Source: Candidatus Eiseniibacteriota bacterium
Lineage (GTDB): Bacteria; Eisenbacteria; RBG-16-71-46
DNA: 64,000 nucleotides
Direction: 5' to 3'
Assembly (NCBI GenBank): GCA_031370785.1
Contig: JANMQY010000092.1
Span: 1 to 64,000 of the forward strand
Within the stretch, counting starts at the first letter, position 1; each line of letters starts with the position of its first letter. This document shows positions 40,029 to 49,448 of this stretch, one piece after another. Position numbers and translations under genes: made by a program. The notes below the pieces were generated by a model. It searched no databases. It was not told the DNA's origin and saw only the letters and a program-made list of their open reading frames with translations.

Positions 40029-41204
40029 ATGCGCGCCCCTGGCTTGAGCCTCAGCCTCGCCCGCATCCGGGCGGGGCTGAGGTGTGTGCTGCTGCTCGGA
40101 TTCGCCGCCGTCCTCGCGCCGCGGCCGGCGGGTGCGGCCGAGGTGCTGCAGCCGTGGAGGCCGCCCGCGGCGGATTCGGTCTTTGCGTGGAGCGCGGAGG
40201 CGCGGGCACGATTCGCCTCGAATACCGGGGACAGCGTGAGCGGCGGAAATTTCCTCGCCTACCAGCGCGTCGGCCAGATCGCACGGCGCCTGCTGCGCTC
40301 GCTGGGCCGTGGCCACTTTCTGCAGGCGTATGCGATCGGGCCGGTGATGGATTCGCTCGAGCTCAAGACCGAGGTGACTCTGGACCCGTCGCGGCCGGAG
40401 TTCGTTCTGGTCGCGGTGCACAATCCGATTCAGCGCGACGCGGGTACGGTCGGATTCCTCTACTGGTACCAGGGTGATGAGCTGCGCTATCAGGGCACGT
40501 ACCTCGACGGCGGGTGGCGACCCAGGCTGCGAATCTGGTACAGCGGTCGGAACGATGCCCCGTATGAATGCGGAATCCTCCATCACAGGGTGGCGCTCGG
40601 GCAGGCGCCGCAGTTCCTGCTGCTGAAACTGCACGCGAGCGGGAAGTTCTGGAACGTTGCGCAGTACGCCGGGCACGGCCCGGATCTCGGGTCGCGCGGT
40701 GAGGCCGACTGGGTGGACGTGAACGGCGACAACCTGCCGGAGATTCTGTCGTGGGTGCCGGCGGCGTCCGACTCGATGTTCGAGGAGTGCGAGGCGTGTC
40801 CGCGGATCATGAGCGAGCGCCTGTTCGTCGAGCGCAAGGAAGGATTCGTGTTGCAGGACAGCCGGCTGATGTCGTCGCCCTACTCCACGTTCCAGCTTTT
40901 CATCCGGTTGCTGGTGGAGGGCAATCGAACCGCCGCGGCGCGCCTGCTCGCGGATCCGGCAAAGGTGAACGATGCGCTGGCGCTCGGCTGGGGAGTGCGC
41001 CGTGCGAAGAGTGCATGGAAGTACGAATATAGCGAGCCGGACGAGACCTGGCCGCGCTGGATCGTGCTGCGCTACAAGGCCGGCCCGGACCGTCCACAGT
41101 ATGTCGTTCACTTCGTACAGCGCGAGGGTCGATGGGTGATCTACGACTGGATCCAGGAACGACGCGGCACGCCGGCGGCGCCGCCACCGGCGGGGAGCCG
41201 GTGA
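40029..41204 (+). CDS. Exported hypothetical protein (CxxCP paralog A)
   Basis: Signal peptide ending AGA; ECEACP...SPYSTF...ALGW...GRWVI. Confidence 0.75.
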   Translation: MRAPGLSLSLARIRAGLRCVLLLGFAAVLAPRPAGAAEVLQPWRPPAADSVFAWSAEARARFASNTGDSVSGGNFLAYQRVGQIARRLLRSLGRGHFLQAYAIGPVMDSLELKTEVTLDPSRPEFVLVAVHNPIQRDAGTVGFLYWYQGDELRYQGTYLDGGWRPRLRIWYSGRNDAPYECGILHHRVALGQAPQFLLLKLHASGKFWNVAQYAGHGPDLGSRGEADWVDVNGDNLPEILSWVPAASDSMFEECEACPRIMSERLFVERKEGFVLQDSRLMSSPYSTFQLFIRLLVEGNRTAAARLLADPAKVNDALALGWGVRRAKSAWKYEYSEPDETWPRWIVLRYKAGPDRPQYVVHFVQREGRWVIYDWIQERRGTPAAPPPAGSR

Positions 41205-42319
41205 GGGTGGCGCGCATGAGTGGTCGGATGCGGAACCGGGGGTCACGCGTGCCGATGCGACTCGCAGCGCTCGCCGGGCTCGCGAGCGTGATGCTTGCGC
41301 TCGGCGTGGGCGGGTGTGGTCGCAAGACCGACCTCAGCCATCTGCGTGGCGACTCGAACCAGGGGTTAAGTCCGGACTCGACCGCTGCCCTGGCGCGCGA
41401 GGTCCAGGATCGATGGGACTCCGGCATGGGCGAGGACGCCTCCATGCTGAGTGCGCGCCTGCTCGCGCTCACGCTGTCCGCGGTCGACCCGCCGCAGTGG
41501 CCTTCGCGCGCGCGCTCCATGCTCGATTCGCTCGCGGTCGGCGCCGATGTCGCCGGCGCGCAGAGCGCGCTGGTGGTGAATTTCTTCAACCGGGCCAATC
41601 CCGAGGCCGGTGCCTGGCCGTATCTTTTCTGGCAGGGAGAAAACGGCGTGCGCCAGCAGGCGCTCGACGGCCGCGGCATGCACCTGAGCGCGGTGGCGGC
41701 CCGCGGGCTCGCGGTGGGCGAGAACCGGCCGGCGAGCGCTGCGGCGCTGTTTGGACGGCGCACGGGTGGGGGGCAGCAGCCGCTGCTCATGGTCTGGAGC
41801 CATCAGCGCCGCGACGATCCGTGGAAGCTGGTGCAGAGCCTGGGGGCCGATTCGCTGGGGGCGGTCGGCACCGGAGAATTCGAGACCCGCGATACCACAC
41901 TCACACTGGTCACCGAAACCTACCGGGCGACCCGCGGTATCGACGAGTGCGCGACCTGCCCGCACGCGTACCGCAGGCGAGTCTTCGTGTGGGGACCCAA
42001 AGGCTTCGAGAAAATCGAAGAGTCCGAAGTCCCCTCGCCCTACGCCACGTTCGTCCACTTCCTGCAGGCGCTCACCAGCGGAGAGCCGCAGCAGGCGGAG
42101 CGCTGGACCGCGGATCGCGAGCTGGTGGATCGCGCGCGCCGGCTCGGGTGGGACGAACCCAGCCGGGGCACGTGGCGAGTCGCGCCCGAGACCGATGAGC
42201 GCGCGAGAGACATGGTGTTCTTCCGCGGCAGCGAGGAAGCCTATCGAGTCGAATTCACGCAGCGCGACGGCGGCTGGGTGATCCAGAACTTCGACGCCAC
42301 ATCGCGCAGCGTGGAGTAG
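41201..42319 (+). CDS. Hypothetical lipoprotein (CxxCP paralog B)
   Basis: Lipobox-like VGGC; ECATCP...SPYATF...RLGW...GGWVI; exact start uncertain (41201-41255). Confidence 0.75.
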   Translation: MRVARMSGRMRNRGSRVPMRLAALAGLASVMLALGVGGCGRKTDLSHLRGDSNQGLSPDSTAALAREVQDRWDSGMGEDASMLSARLLALTLSAVDPPQWPSRARSMLDSLAVGADVAGAQSALVVNFFNRANPEAGAWPYLFWQGENGVRQQALDGRGMHLSAVAARGLAVGENRPASAAALFGRRTGGGQQPLLMVWSHQRRDDPWKLVQSLGADSLGAVGTGEFETRDTTLTLVTETYRATRGIDECATCPHAYRRRVFVWGPKGFEKIEESEVPSPYATFVHFLQALTSGEPQQAERWTADRELVDRARRLGWDEPSRGTWRVAPETDERARDMVFFRGSEEAYRVEFTQRDGGWVIQNFDATSRSVE

Positions 42320-42388
42320 CGCCCCGCACCGGAATCATCCCAACCGCCTCGACGGGTCAGGGGACCACGCTCCGTCCCCTGGCGAAGC

Positions 42389-42417
42389 TTGGAGAGAAGC
42401 GCGCGCGACGCTATACT
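42389..42417 (+). promoter_or_regulatory. Putative sigma70 promoter of the helicase-exonuclease operon
   Basis: TTGGAG-N17-TATACT. Confidence 0.55.
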
Positions 42418-42498
42418 GCGCGCCTTCACGGGCGTCCCGAGCGCCCGCGCGATTACGGCGGCGGCCCGCACTGCGCGTGGGCCGCGAGGTTTGATCCC

Positions 42499-44883
42499 AT
42501 GCAGGCACCCATCGCCCGTTTCCTCGAACGGCCAGAGGCGGCCGGCGAGGAGTCGGCAATCGCGCGCTGGCTTCGCGGAGCATCGCTCGCCCCCGAGTCC
42601 AGGGGAGCGCTCGCGCACTGGCGGACCCTGCCCGCTCGCGCCGCGAGCTTCGCGAAGCTCGCTCCGCCGCTTCCCGCGCCGCTCGCCGATGCGCTCGCCC
42701 ACCGTGGCATCGGACAGCTCTACACGCATCAGGTCCGGGCGATCGAGTCCCTCAGGGCAGGACGCGACGTGGTGGTGGTGACCGGCACCGCGAGCGGGAA
42801 GAGCCTGTGCTACCACCTTCCGGTGCTGGAGCGGTTGCTGGTCGATCCGGAAGCGACCGCGCTCTATCTGTTCCCGACCAAGGCGCTCGCGCAGGACCAG
42901 CTCAAGAGCCTCACCCGGCTGGCTTCGGGCCACATAGATGTGCTCAAGGCGCTGCGAGCCGGCGTGTACGACGGCGATACCCAGGCGACGACCCGGCGCA
43001 GGATCCGCGACGGGTCGAACCTGATTCTGTCCAATCCCGACATGCTGCATCAGGGCATCCTGCCCTCGCACCCCAAGTGGGCGCGGTTCCTGCGCAATCT
43101 GCGCTTCGTGGTGGTGGACGAGATCCACTCCTATCGCGGCATCTTCGGCTCGCACGTGGCCAACGTGCTGCGCCGGCTCGAGCGCGTGGTTCGCCACGTG
43201 GGCGGCGATTTCCGCTACGTGACGTGCAGCGCCACCATCCGCAATCCAGGCGAGCTGGCCACCGCACTGATCGGGCGCGAAGCCGAGGTCGTGGACGACG
43301 ACGGCGCGCCGCGCGGCGAGAGGCACTTCGCGTTCTGGAACCCACCGTTCACGGACGAGACCCGAGTCGAGCGCCGCTCCTCCAACGTCGAGGGCAGCGC
43401 GCTGTTCACCGCCCTGGTGGAGCACGGCGCGCAGGCGATCGCGTTCACCAAATCGCGGGTCGCGGCCGAGCTGGTCTACCGCTACTCGCACGAGCGGCTC
43501 GAACGCCGCGGCGATGATCTGCACGAGCGCATCCGTCCCTATCGCGGCGGCTACCTGCCCGAGGAGCGGCGCAACATCGAGCACGCCCTGTTCTCGGGCG
43601 AGCTGCGCGGGGTGGTGAGTACGAACGCGCTCGAGCTGGGCGTGGACATCGGCGGGCTGGATGCGGTGGTAATGATCGGCGCCGCTCCGACGCTGGCCAG
43701 CATGTGGCAGCAGGCGGGGCGCGCGGGGCGCACCGGCAAGGCGGCACTCGCGGTGCTGGTCGCCTACAACGAGACGGTCGACCAGTACCTGATGCGCCAT
43801 CCCGAGTACTTCTTCGGACGCTCCCCCGAGGCGGCGATCATCGACCCGCATAATCCCTACATCCTCGCCGCGCAGCTCGGCTGCGCCGCCTACGAGCTGC
43901 CGCTCGACGAGGCGGATCGCGTCACCTTCGGGCCGCAGAGCGAGGCGATCCTCGCCGCGCTCGAGGAGGAGGGCGAGACGCGCACCATCGATGGCCGCGC
44001 GTACTGGGCAACCACCGAGTTCCCCGCCGCGAAGGTCAGCCTGCGCACGATCTCGGACGACACCTACACGATCATGGACGTGACCCGGGGCAACGCGGTC
44101 AAGGGCACCGTGGACGGGATCAGCGCGCTGGAGCTGCTCTACCCCGAGGCCATCTACCTGCACGAGGGCGAGACCTGCTTCGTGCGCGAGCTGGACCTCG
44201 AGCAGAAGGTGGCCTACGTGGAGCCGCGCGCGGTGGACTACTACACGCAGCCGGTGCTCGAGACGAACATCCGGATCCGGGGCGAGCAGCAGCGCCGGGA
44301 GTGGCGCGGCGAATCAGTGAGGCTCGGCGAGCTCACCTACTCGTGGCAGACCGTCGCGATGAAGAAGGTGAAGTTTCACTCGCTCGATGCGATCGGTTAT
44401 CACCCGCTGAGCCTGCCGCGGTTGACCCTCGAGACCACGGGATTCTGGTTTGCTCCCGGGGAGGCGGCGTGGCATGCGGTGGCGCGACGCGGGTTCAGTC
44501 CGATCGAGGGCCTGATGGGCGTGCGCAATCTGTACATGACCCTGCTGGCCATGCTGAGCATGTGCGACCCGTTCGATCTGGGCGGGATGATCGATTCATC
44601 CAACCTGGGACGCCCCGCGCTGTTCATGTTCGATCGCTATCCGGGCGGCCTCGGCTTCTGCGAGCAGGGCTATGCGCGGCTCGACGAGCTGGCGCGCGCA
44701 GCGCACGAACATCTGATCGGCTGCGACTGTGCGGCCGGATGTCCAGCGTGCGTGGGCATCCCCATCCTGCGCGTCGCCCAGCAGCAGGATCCCGACCTTG
44801 TGCACGCCCGCGAGATTCCGGGCAAGGATGCGGCGCGCGTGCTGCTCGAGCACTGGCTCGCCGAACACGGGAGCAGGGCCTGA
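42499..44883 (+). CDS. DEAD/DEAH helicase with DUF1998 Zn domain (MrfA/YprA/Hrq1 family)
   Basis: TGTASGKS, PTKALAQDQ, DEIHSYRG, SATI.NP, TNALELGVD, QQAGRAGR, DRYPGGLG, CDCAAGCPAC. Confidence 0.92.
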   Translation: MQAPIARFLERPEAAGEESAIARWLRGASLAPESRGALAHWRTLPARAASFAKLAPPLPAPLADALAHRGIGQLYTHQVRAIESLRAGRDVVVVTGTASGKSLCYHLPVLERLLVDPEATALYLFPTKALAQDQLKSLTRLASGHIDVLKALRAGVYDGDTQATTRRRIRDGSNLILSNPDMLHQGILPSHPKWARFLRNLRFVVVDEIHSYRGIFGSHVANVLRRLERVVRHVGGDFRYVTCSATIRNPGELATALIGREAEVVDDDGAPRGERHFAFWNPPFTDETRVERRSSNVEGSALFTALVEHGAQAIAFTKSRVAAELVYRYSHERLERRGDDLHERIRPYRGGYLPEERRNIEHALFSGELRGVVSTNALELGVDIGGLDAVVMIGAAPTLASMWQQAGRAGRTGKAALAVLVAYNETVDQYLMRHPEYFFGRSPEAAIIDPHNPYILAAQLGCAAYELPLDEADRVTFGPQSEAILAALEEEGETRTIDGRAYWATTEFPAAKVSLRTISDDTYTIMDVTRGNAVKGTVDGISALELLYPEAIYLHEGETCFVRELDLEQKVAYVEPRAVDYYTQPVLETNIRIRGEQQRREWRGESVRLGELTYSWQTVAMKKVKFHSLDAIGYHPLSLPRLTLETTGFWFAPGEAAWHAVARRGFSPIEGLMGVRNLYMTLLAMLSMCDPFDLGGMIDSSNLGRPALFMFDRYPGGLGFCEQGYARLDELARAAHEHLIGCDCAAGCPACVGIPILRVAQQQDPDLVHAREIPGKDAARVLLEHWLAEHGSRA

Positions 44884-44885
44884 CC

Positions 44886-45857
44886 GTGCCGCGCGGGGAG
44901 GCGTTGCGCGCGCGCCTGGGAGAGATCACTCGCGCCCGCCGGATCGGCGAAGCGCGTGCGGATGAAACCGGCGCGGCGGCGATCTGCGAGATGGCGCACC
45001 TGTCGGCGACGCCTCGGGCGGGGACGGCGCCGGCGGACCTTCCCGCGGTTGCGAAGCCGCGTCGCCCGCGACCGAAGCCCATGCGCAATGGGGCGGCTGC
45101 GGGCGCGGAGGCCCGGGTCGGCGTCGAGGCGTTCCTGCCGGGCGGCGAGTGGCGCGACGGGTCGGGAGCGGTTTACGTGCACGAGCGCCTCCGCTCCGAG
45201 ATCGAGAGGCCGCGCAGCCACTGGGGCCAACTCGGCGTGCCGCCCGCGGACGAGGTGGACCTCGTGGCGCTGGTCGCGTGCGGACTCGAGCGCGCGCTGT
45301 TTCTCGATCTCGAGACCGGGGGCCTGAGCTCGAGCCCGGTGTTTCTCGCGGGCACCATGCACTGGAACGGCAAGGACTTCGTGATCCGCCAGTACTTCGC
45401 GCGGCACTACGGCGAGGAAGGCGCGCTGCTGCGCGCGGTGAGCGAATGCGCGCGCGACTTCGAGTTCCTGGTGACGTTCAATGGCAAGAGCTACGACGCT
45501 CCGTTCCTCGCGACCCGTGCGGTGATCCACGGGGTGCGCCTCACTCTGCCGCCCCGCCATCTCGACCTGTTGCACGCCTCGCGCAGGCGGTGGAAGCGCG
45601 AGCTCTCGAACTGCCGGCTCCAGACGCTCGAGTATCACGTCTGCCGCCGGCGCCGTGTGGGCGACGTGCCGGGTGATGAGGTACCCGGGCTCTATCACGA
45701 CTACGTGAGGAGCGGCGACCCCTGGCGGCTGGCCCCGGTGTTTCACCACAACCTGCTGGACGTCATCACAATGGCCGAGATCGTGCGGACCCTGTGCGAC
45801 CCGCGCCGGGGCCCACCCCAGTCCGACCCGGAGGACTGGCCGTCGCGGCCCGAATGA
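44886..45857 (+). CDS. RNase H-like DEDD exonuclease (MrfB/YprB family)
   Basis: FLDLETGGL, TFNGKSYDAP, HLDLLH, LQTLE, HNLLDV; directly after the helicase. Confidence 0.88.
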   Translation: MPRGEALRARLGEITRARRIGEARADETGAAAICEMAHLSATPRAGTAPADLPAVAKPRRPRPKPMRNGAAAGAEARVGVEAFLPGGEWRDGSGAVYVHERLRSEIERPRSHWGQLGVPPADEVDLVALVACGLERALFLDLETGGLSSSPVFLAGTMHWNGKDFVIRQYFARHYGEEGALLRAVSECARDFEFLVTFNGKSYDAPFLATRAVIHGVRLTLPPRHLDLLHASRRRWKRELSNCRLQTLEYHVCRRRRVGDVPGDEVPGLYHDYVRSGDPWRLAPVFHHNLLDVITMAEIVRTLCDPRRGPPQSDPEDWPSRPE

Positions 45858-45907
45858 TGCTGGCCCTGCGGCGGCCGAGGGCTATCGAGCCGCCCCGGTG
45901 GTCGTCG

Positions 45908-45937
45908 TTGACACCCCTCCCGGCACGGTGACATCAT
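45908..45937 (+). promoter_or_regulatory. Putative sigma70 promoter giving a leader of about 200 nt
   Basis: TTGACA-N18-CATCAT with an upstream TG (weak -10). Confidence 0.35.
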
Positions 45938-46143
45938 TTTGCCCGTCGTTCGCGAGTGGGTCCGTCCGATCGAGCGTGGTGCACCGATGAATTCTGTCAT
46001 GGGTAATCTTGTGTCTGCGAATTTCTTCCGAGTCACCGGTCTCGTCGTCTGAATCGCCCTGGCAGCGTCGGCCTGCCGGGGCATTCTTGTTTTGGTCCCA
46101 CGCTGGTTGTTGTCCCAAGTCCCCTCGGAGGGTGTCGGGCGTC

Positions 46144-46764
46144 ATGGTTACCGGAGAGGATCAGAAGATCACGTGCGTGGACTGCGGTGAAGAGTTCCTG
46201 TTCACCGCGGGCGAGCAGGCCTTCTATCGGGAAAAGGGACTGACGCACGCCCCCACCCGATGCAAGCGCTGTCGGGAGAGTCGAAAGAGCAAGGGTGCCG
46301 AATCGCGGGGCACGGCAGGATCCACGATGGGCGGCAAGGAACTGTACACCGCGGTCTGCTCGGATTGCGGCATCGAGACCCAGGTGCCGTTCATGCCGAC
46401 CGGCGCACGCCCCGTGTACTGCCGCAACTGCTTCCAGACCCACCGGGCCGACGGTGCGCGGACTGTCGGCGCTCGCGGCGGCAGTGGCCGCGGCGGCCAG
46501 CGTGCCGCTCGCGGCGACGGTCCGCGCACCGCGCCCGCGACGCCCGCGCCGATCGGCGAACGCACGCAGGGCGCGGTCAAATGGTTCAACGAGTCGAAGG
46601 GCTTCGGTTTCATCCAGGACGAAGGGGGAGAGGAAATCTTCGTTCACTTCAGCGCCATTCAGTCCGACGGCTTCAAATCCCTCAACGAGGGTGATCGCGT
46701 CGAGTACGACGTGGTCGCCGGTGCCAAGGGAAAGCAGGCCTCGAACGTGGTGCGTAGGCCCTGA
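46144..46764 (+). CDS. Double zinc-ribbon (CxxC...CxxC) plus RGG linker plus cold-shock domain protein
   Basis: [14 protein letters not shown]...P.RCKRC; CSDC...VPF.P...[31 protein letters not shown]. Confidence 0.9.
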   Translation: MVTGEDQKITCVDCGEEFLFTAGEQAFYREKGLTHAPTRCKRCRESRKSKGAESRGTAGSTMGGKELYTAVCSDCGIETQVPFMPTGARPVYCRNCFQTHRADGARTVGARGGSGRGGQRAARGDGPRTAPATPAPIGERTQGAVKWFNESKGFGFIQDEGGEEIFVHFSAIQSDGFKSLNEGDRVEYDVVAGAKGKQASNVVRRP

Positions 46765-46863
46765 GCCGAGGTTCGGCCCCCGCCCCCATCCTGAGCTATC
46801 CTTGGCAGGCCTCCGCGCCCATGCGGCGCGGGGGCCTGCCAAGTTTTCAGCCCACGGAGAGAC

Positions 46864-48510
46864 ATGCTCGAGACCGAAAAGACCTTCGCCGCGCTCAGCG
46901 AGGAGTTCGTCGAGGTCACGTTGCGCCACAACCCGGTTGCCGCCACCCGCGCCGGGCTGCACGACTACGACCGGAAGTTGCCCGACGATTCCCCGGCGGG
47001 CCTGCGCGAGCGCGCGGCGTGGTTGCGCGACATCGACCAGCGCCTGGTGGCAAGCGTGCCGTGGGGTGAGCTGCCGATCGAGTCCCGCGTGGATTTCGCG
47101 CTGATGCGCTCGATGATCTCGGCAACCCGCGCCGATCTGGAAGAGGTGAAGGTCTACGCGCGCAACCCGGTGATCTACCCGGAGACCGCGCTCAACGGAG
47201 TGTTTCTGCTCATGGCCCGCCCCTTCGCCCCGCTCGACGAGCGCAAGGAGGCGGTGCTCGAGCGCCTGATGGCGATCCCGGATTACCTTGCCGCCGCCCA
47301 GGCCAACCTGCAGCAGGCCCCCGAGCTGTTCGTGCGCATCGCGGGCGAAGTCAACCTGAGCGGCCCGCAGTTCGTGGACGAGGTGATGCGGACGCTATTG
47401 CGCAGCTTCCCGGGCGAGGCCGAGCGGATCGAGCACGCGGGAGAGCGCGCGCGGGTCGGTTTCCTCCAGTACCAGGAATTCCTCGAGCGTGATCTGCGGC
47501 CGCGCGCCGGTGGAACGTTCGCGATCGGCGAGCGCTGGATGAACTACAAGCTCGAGCGCCAGCACCTGCTCTCCGTCGACTGCGCCTACCTCGAGTCGAT
47601 GGGCCGCGATCGTGTCGCGAGCACCCAGTCGCTGCTCGAGCAGGAGGCGAGGCGTCTGGACTCGACCCGCGGCTGGCGCGAGCAGGTGGCGGAGGCCAAG
47701 CTGCGCCATCCCGAGTCGCTGCACCTGCTCGATGCCTACGTTGCCGAAGTCGAGCGCGCGCGCCGCTTCGTTCAGGAAAAGAAGCTGGCTCCGATCGCTC
47801 CCGGGGCGCTGGAGGTGATCGAGACTCCGATCTTCGAGCGCGCCGTGCTGCCCTATGCGTCCTACCTGGCGCCCGCGCCGTTCGACGAGGAGCCGGTCGG
47901 GCACTTCTACGTCACCCCGATCGATCTCGGACGCCCTCGCGCGGAGCAGCAGCAGCAGCTCGAGGAACACAACTACGCATCGCTGCCGATCGTCGTGGTG
48001 CACGAGACCTTTCCCGGGCACCACCTGCAGCGCTGCCACGCCGGACGCAACGGCTCCAGGCTCCGCCGCCTCGCCTCGAGCGAGCCGTTCGCCGAGGGCT
48101 GGGCCCTGTATGCGGAGGAGCTGATGCACGCCGAGGGCTACTTCCTCGATCCGCTCACCCGGCTGCTCCAGTTGCGCGACCTGCTGTGGCGTGCGTGCCG
48201 GGTGGTGCTGGACATCGGGCTGCACACCGGCCGCATGACGTTCGAGCAGGCAGTCGAGTACCTGGTGGAAGAGGCGATGATCGAGCGCGTCAACGCCGAG
48301 ATGGAGGTGAAGCGCTACGCACTCACTCCGACCCAGCCGCTCAGCTACCTGGTCGGCAAGGAGATGCTCGACGAGATCCGCGACGAAGCCCGCGCCCGGA
48401 TGGGCAGGGCGTTCAACCTTTACGATTTCCATGCCGAGCTGCTCCGTATCGGAACGTTGCCGCCGTTCCTGATTCGCGAAGAGCTCGGTGGGAGGCTCAC
48501 CCCACGATGA
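46864..48510 (+). CDS. DUF885 family protein (metallopeptidase-like)
   Basis: AGLHDYD, HETFPGHHLQ, EGWALYAE, RACRVVLDIGLH, EVKRY..TPTQ..SY.VG. Confidence 0.9.
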   Translation: MLETEKTFAALSEEFVEVTLRHNPVAATRAGLHDYDRKLPDDSPAGLRERAAWLRDIDQRLVASVPWGELPIESRVDFALMRSMISATRADLEEVKVYARNPVIYPETALNGVFLLMARPFAPLDERKEAVLERLMAIPDYLAAAQANLQQAPELFVRIAGEVNLSGPQFVDEVMRTLLRSFPGEAERIEHAGERARVGFLQYQEFLERDLRPRAGGTFAIGERWMNYKLERQHLLSVDCAYLESMGRDRVASTQSLLEQEARRLDSTRGWREQVAEAKLRHPESLHLLDAYVAEVERARRFVQEKKLAPIAPGALEVIETPIFERAVLPYASYLAPAPFDEEPVGHFYVTPIDLGRPRAEQQQQLEEHNYASLPIVVVHETFPGHHLQRCHAGRNGSRLRRLASSEPFAEGWALYAEELMHAEGYFLDPLTRLLQLRDLLWRACRVVLDIGLHTGRMTFEQAVEYLVEEAMIERVNAEMEVKRYALTPTQPLSYLVGKEMLDEIRDEARARMGRAFNLYDFHAELLRIGTLPPFLIREELGGRLTPR

Positions 48511-49394
48511 AGCGCACCGCTGCGGCGATCTTCGCTCTGCTCCTCGCTCTCGCTCCATTCTCCGCGCATGCGGTCGTTCCGGGCACACGCTACGCCGAGA
48601 TGCCGGACCGGTACGGACTCCAGTACGACCCGGTTGAGATCCCGACTCCCGACAAGGCGACGGTGTTCGGCTGGTGGTTTGCCGGCCGAGCGAAATCGCC
48701 GGTACTGGTGCTGGCTCCGGGCAGCACCGGCACCATGGCGTCGCTGCTGCCGGTGGCGCGCGAGTTCCACGATCGCGGCTTCTCGGTGCTCACCTTCGAC
48801 TATCGCGATTTCGGCCCCAACGGCGCGGGCCCGCAGGACAGCCTGCATTACGTGGTGCGCTCCTCGCGCTGGATCACGGACATGCAGGGTGCGCTGCGTT
48901 TCGCGCGCGCCAGGTCCGACAGCGCCGCGGTGTTCGCGTGGGGCGGTCCCGACCTGGCGAGCGTGGTCGCGCTCGGTGCCGCGGCGCGCGAGCGATCGCT
49001 GTGCGAAGGGCTGGTGATGGAGGGCGTGTACGCCAGCGCCGATGACGAGATGCGCGCCAACGGCACCGCAGTGATTCCCGAAGCAGTGCAGCAACAGGCA
49101 CCTCAGATGCTTCCGCGCGACGAGCCGAGGGCGGCGGGGGTCGCATGCCGGACTCCGATCCTGCTCGTAGGTGGCTCGCGCGACACGCTGACGCCACCGG
49201 CCGCGACCGCGCTCCTCATCGCGCGCGGACGGGCGCGACTGGATCGATTCATCATCCCCGGTGCCGGGCACGAGAATCTTGCCGCGACTCCCGGATACTT
49301 CGATCGGGTGTGTGAGTGGGTGCTGCACATGGGACAGTTCGTGGGCGAGAACCTCGGGCGCTCGCGGCCGGATTCCACGCGGTCGAGGCGGTAA
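48507..49394 (+). CDS. Exported alpha/beta-fold hydrolase-like protein
   Basis: Signal peptide; GWW, GFSVLTFDYRDFG, GSRDTLTP, GAGH; nucleophile elbow reads WGGPDLA. Confidence 0.75.
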   Translation: MKRTAAAIFALLLALAPFSAHAVVPGTRYAEMPDRYGLQYDPVEIPTPDKATVFGWWFAGRAKSPVLVLAPGSTGTMASLLPVAREFHDRGFSVLTFDYRDFGPNGAGPQDSLHYVVRSSRWITDMQGALRFARARSDSAAVFAWGGPDLASVVALGAAARERSLCEGLVMEGVYASADDEMRANGTAVIPEAVQQQAPQMLPRDEPRAAGVACRTPILLVGGSRDTLTPPAATALLIARGRARLDRFIIPGAGHENLAATPGYFDRVCEWVLHMGQFVGENLGRSRPDSTRSRR

Positions 49395-49399
49395 GCGAA

Positions 49400-49428
49400 A
49401 CGGGGCGACGCATGGCGCGCCGCCCCGT
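49400..49428. terminator. Hairpin between convergent genes
   Basis: ACGGGGCG...CGCCCCGT. Confidence 0.5.
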
Positions 49429-49448
49429 CCTCCCGCGTTGCGCAGCTC

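Noticed and set aside
42499..44883. DISARM/Druantia anti-phage system
   Set aside because: No methylase, SNF2 helicase or PLD partner; the YprB-like neighbour indicates MrfAB-type repair
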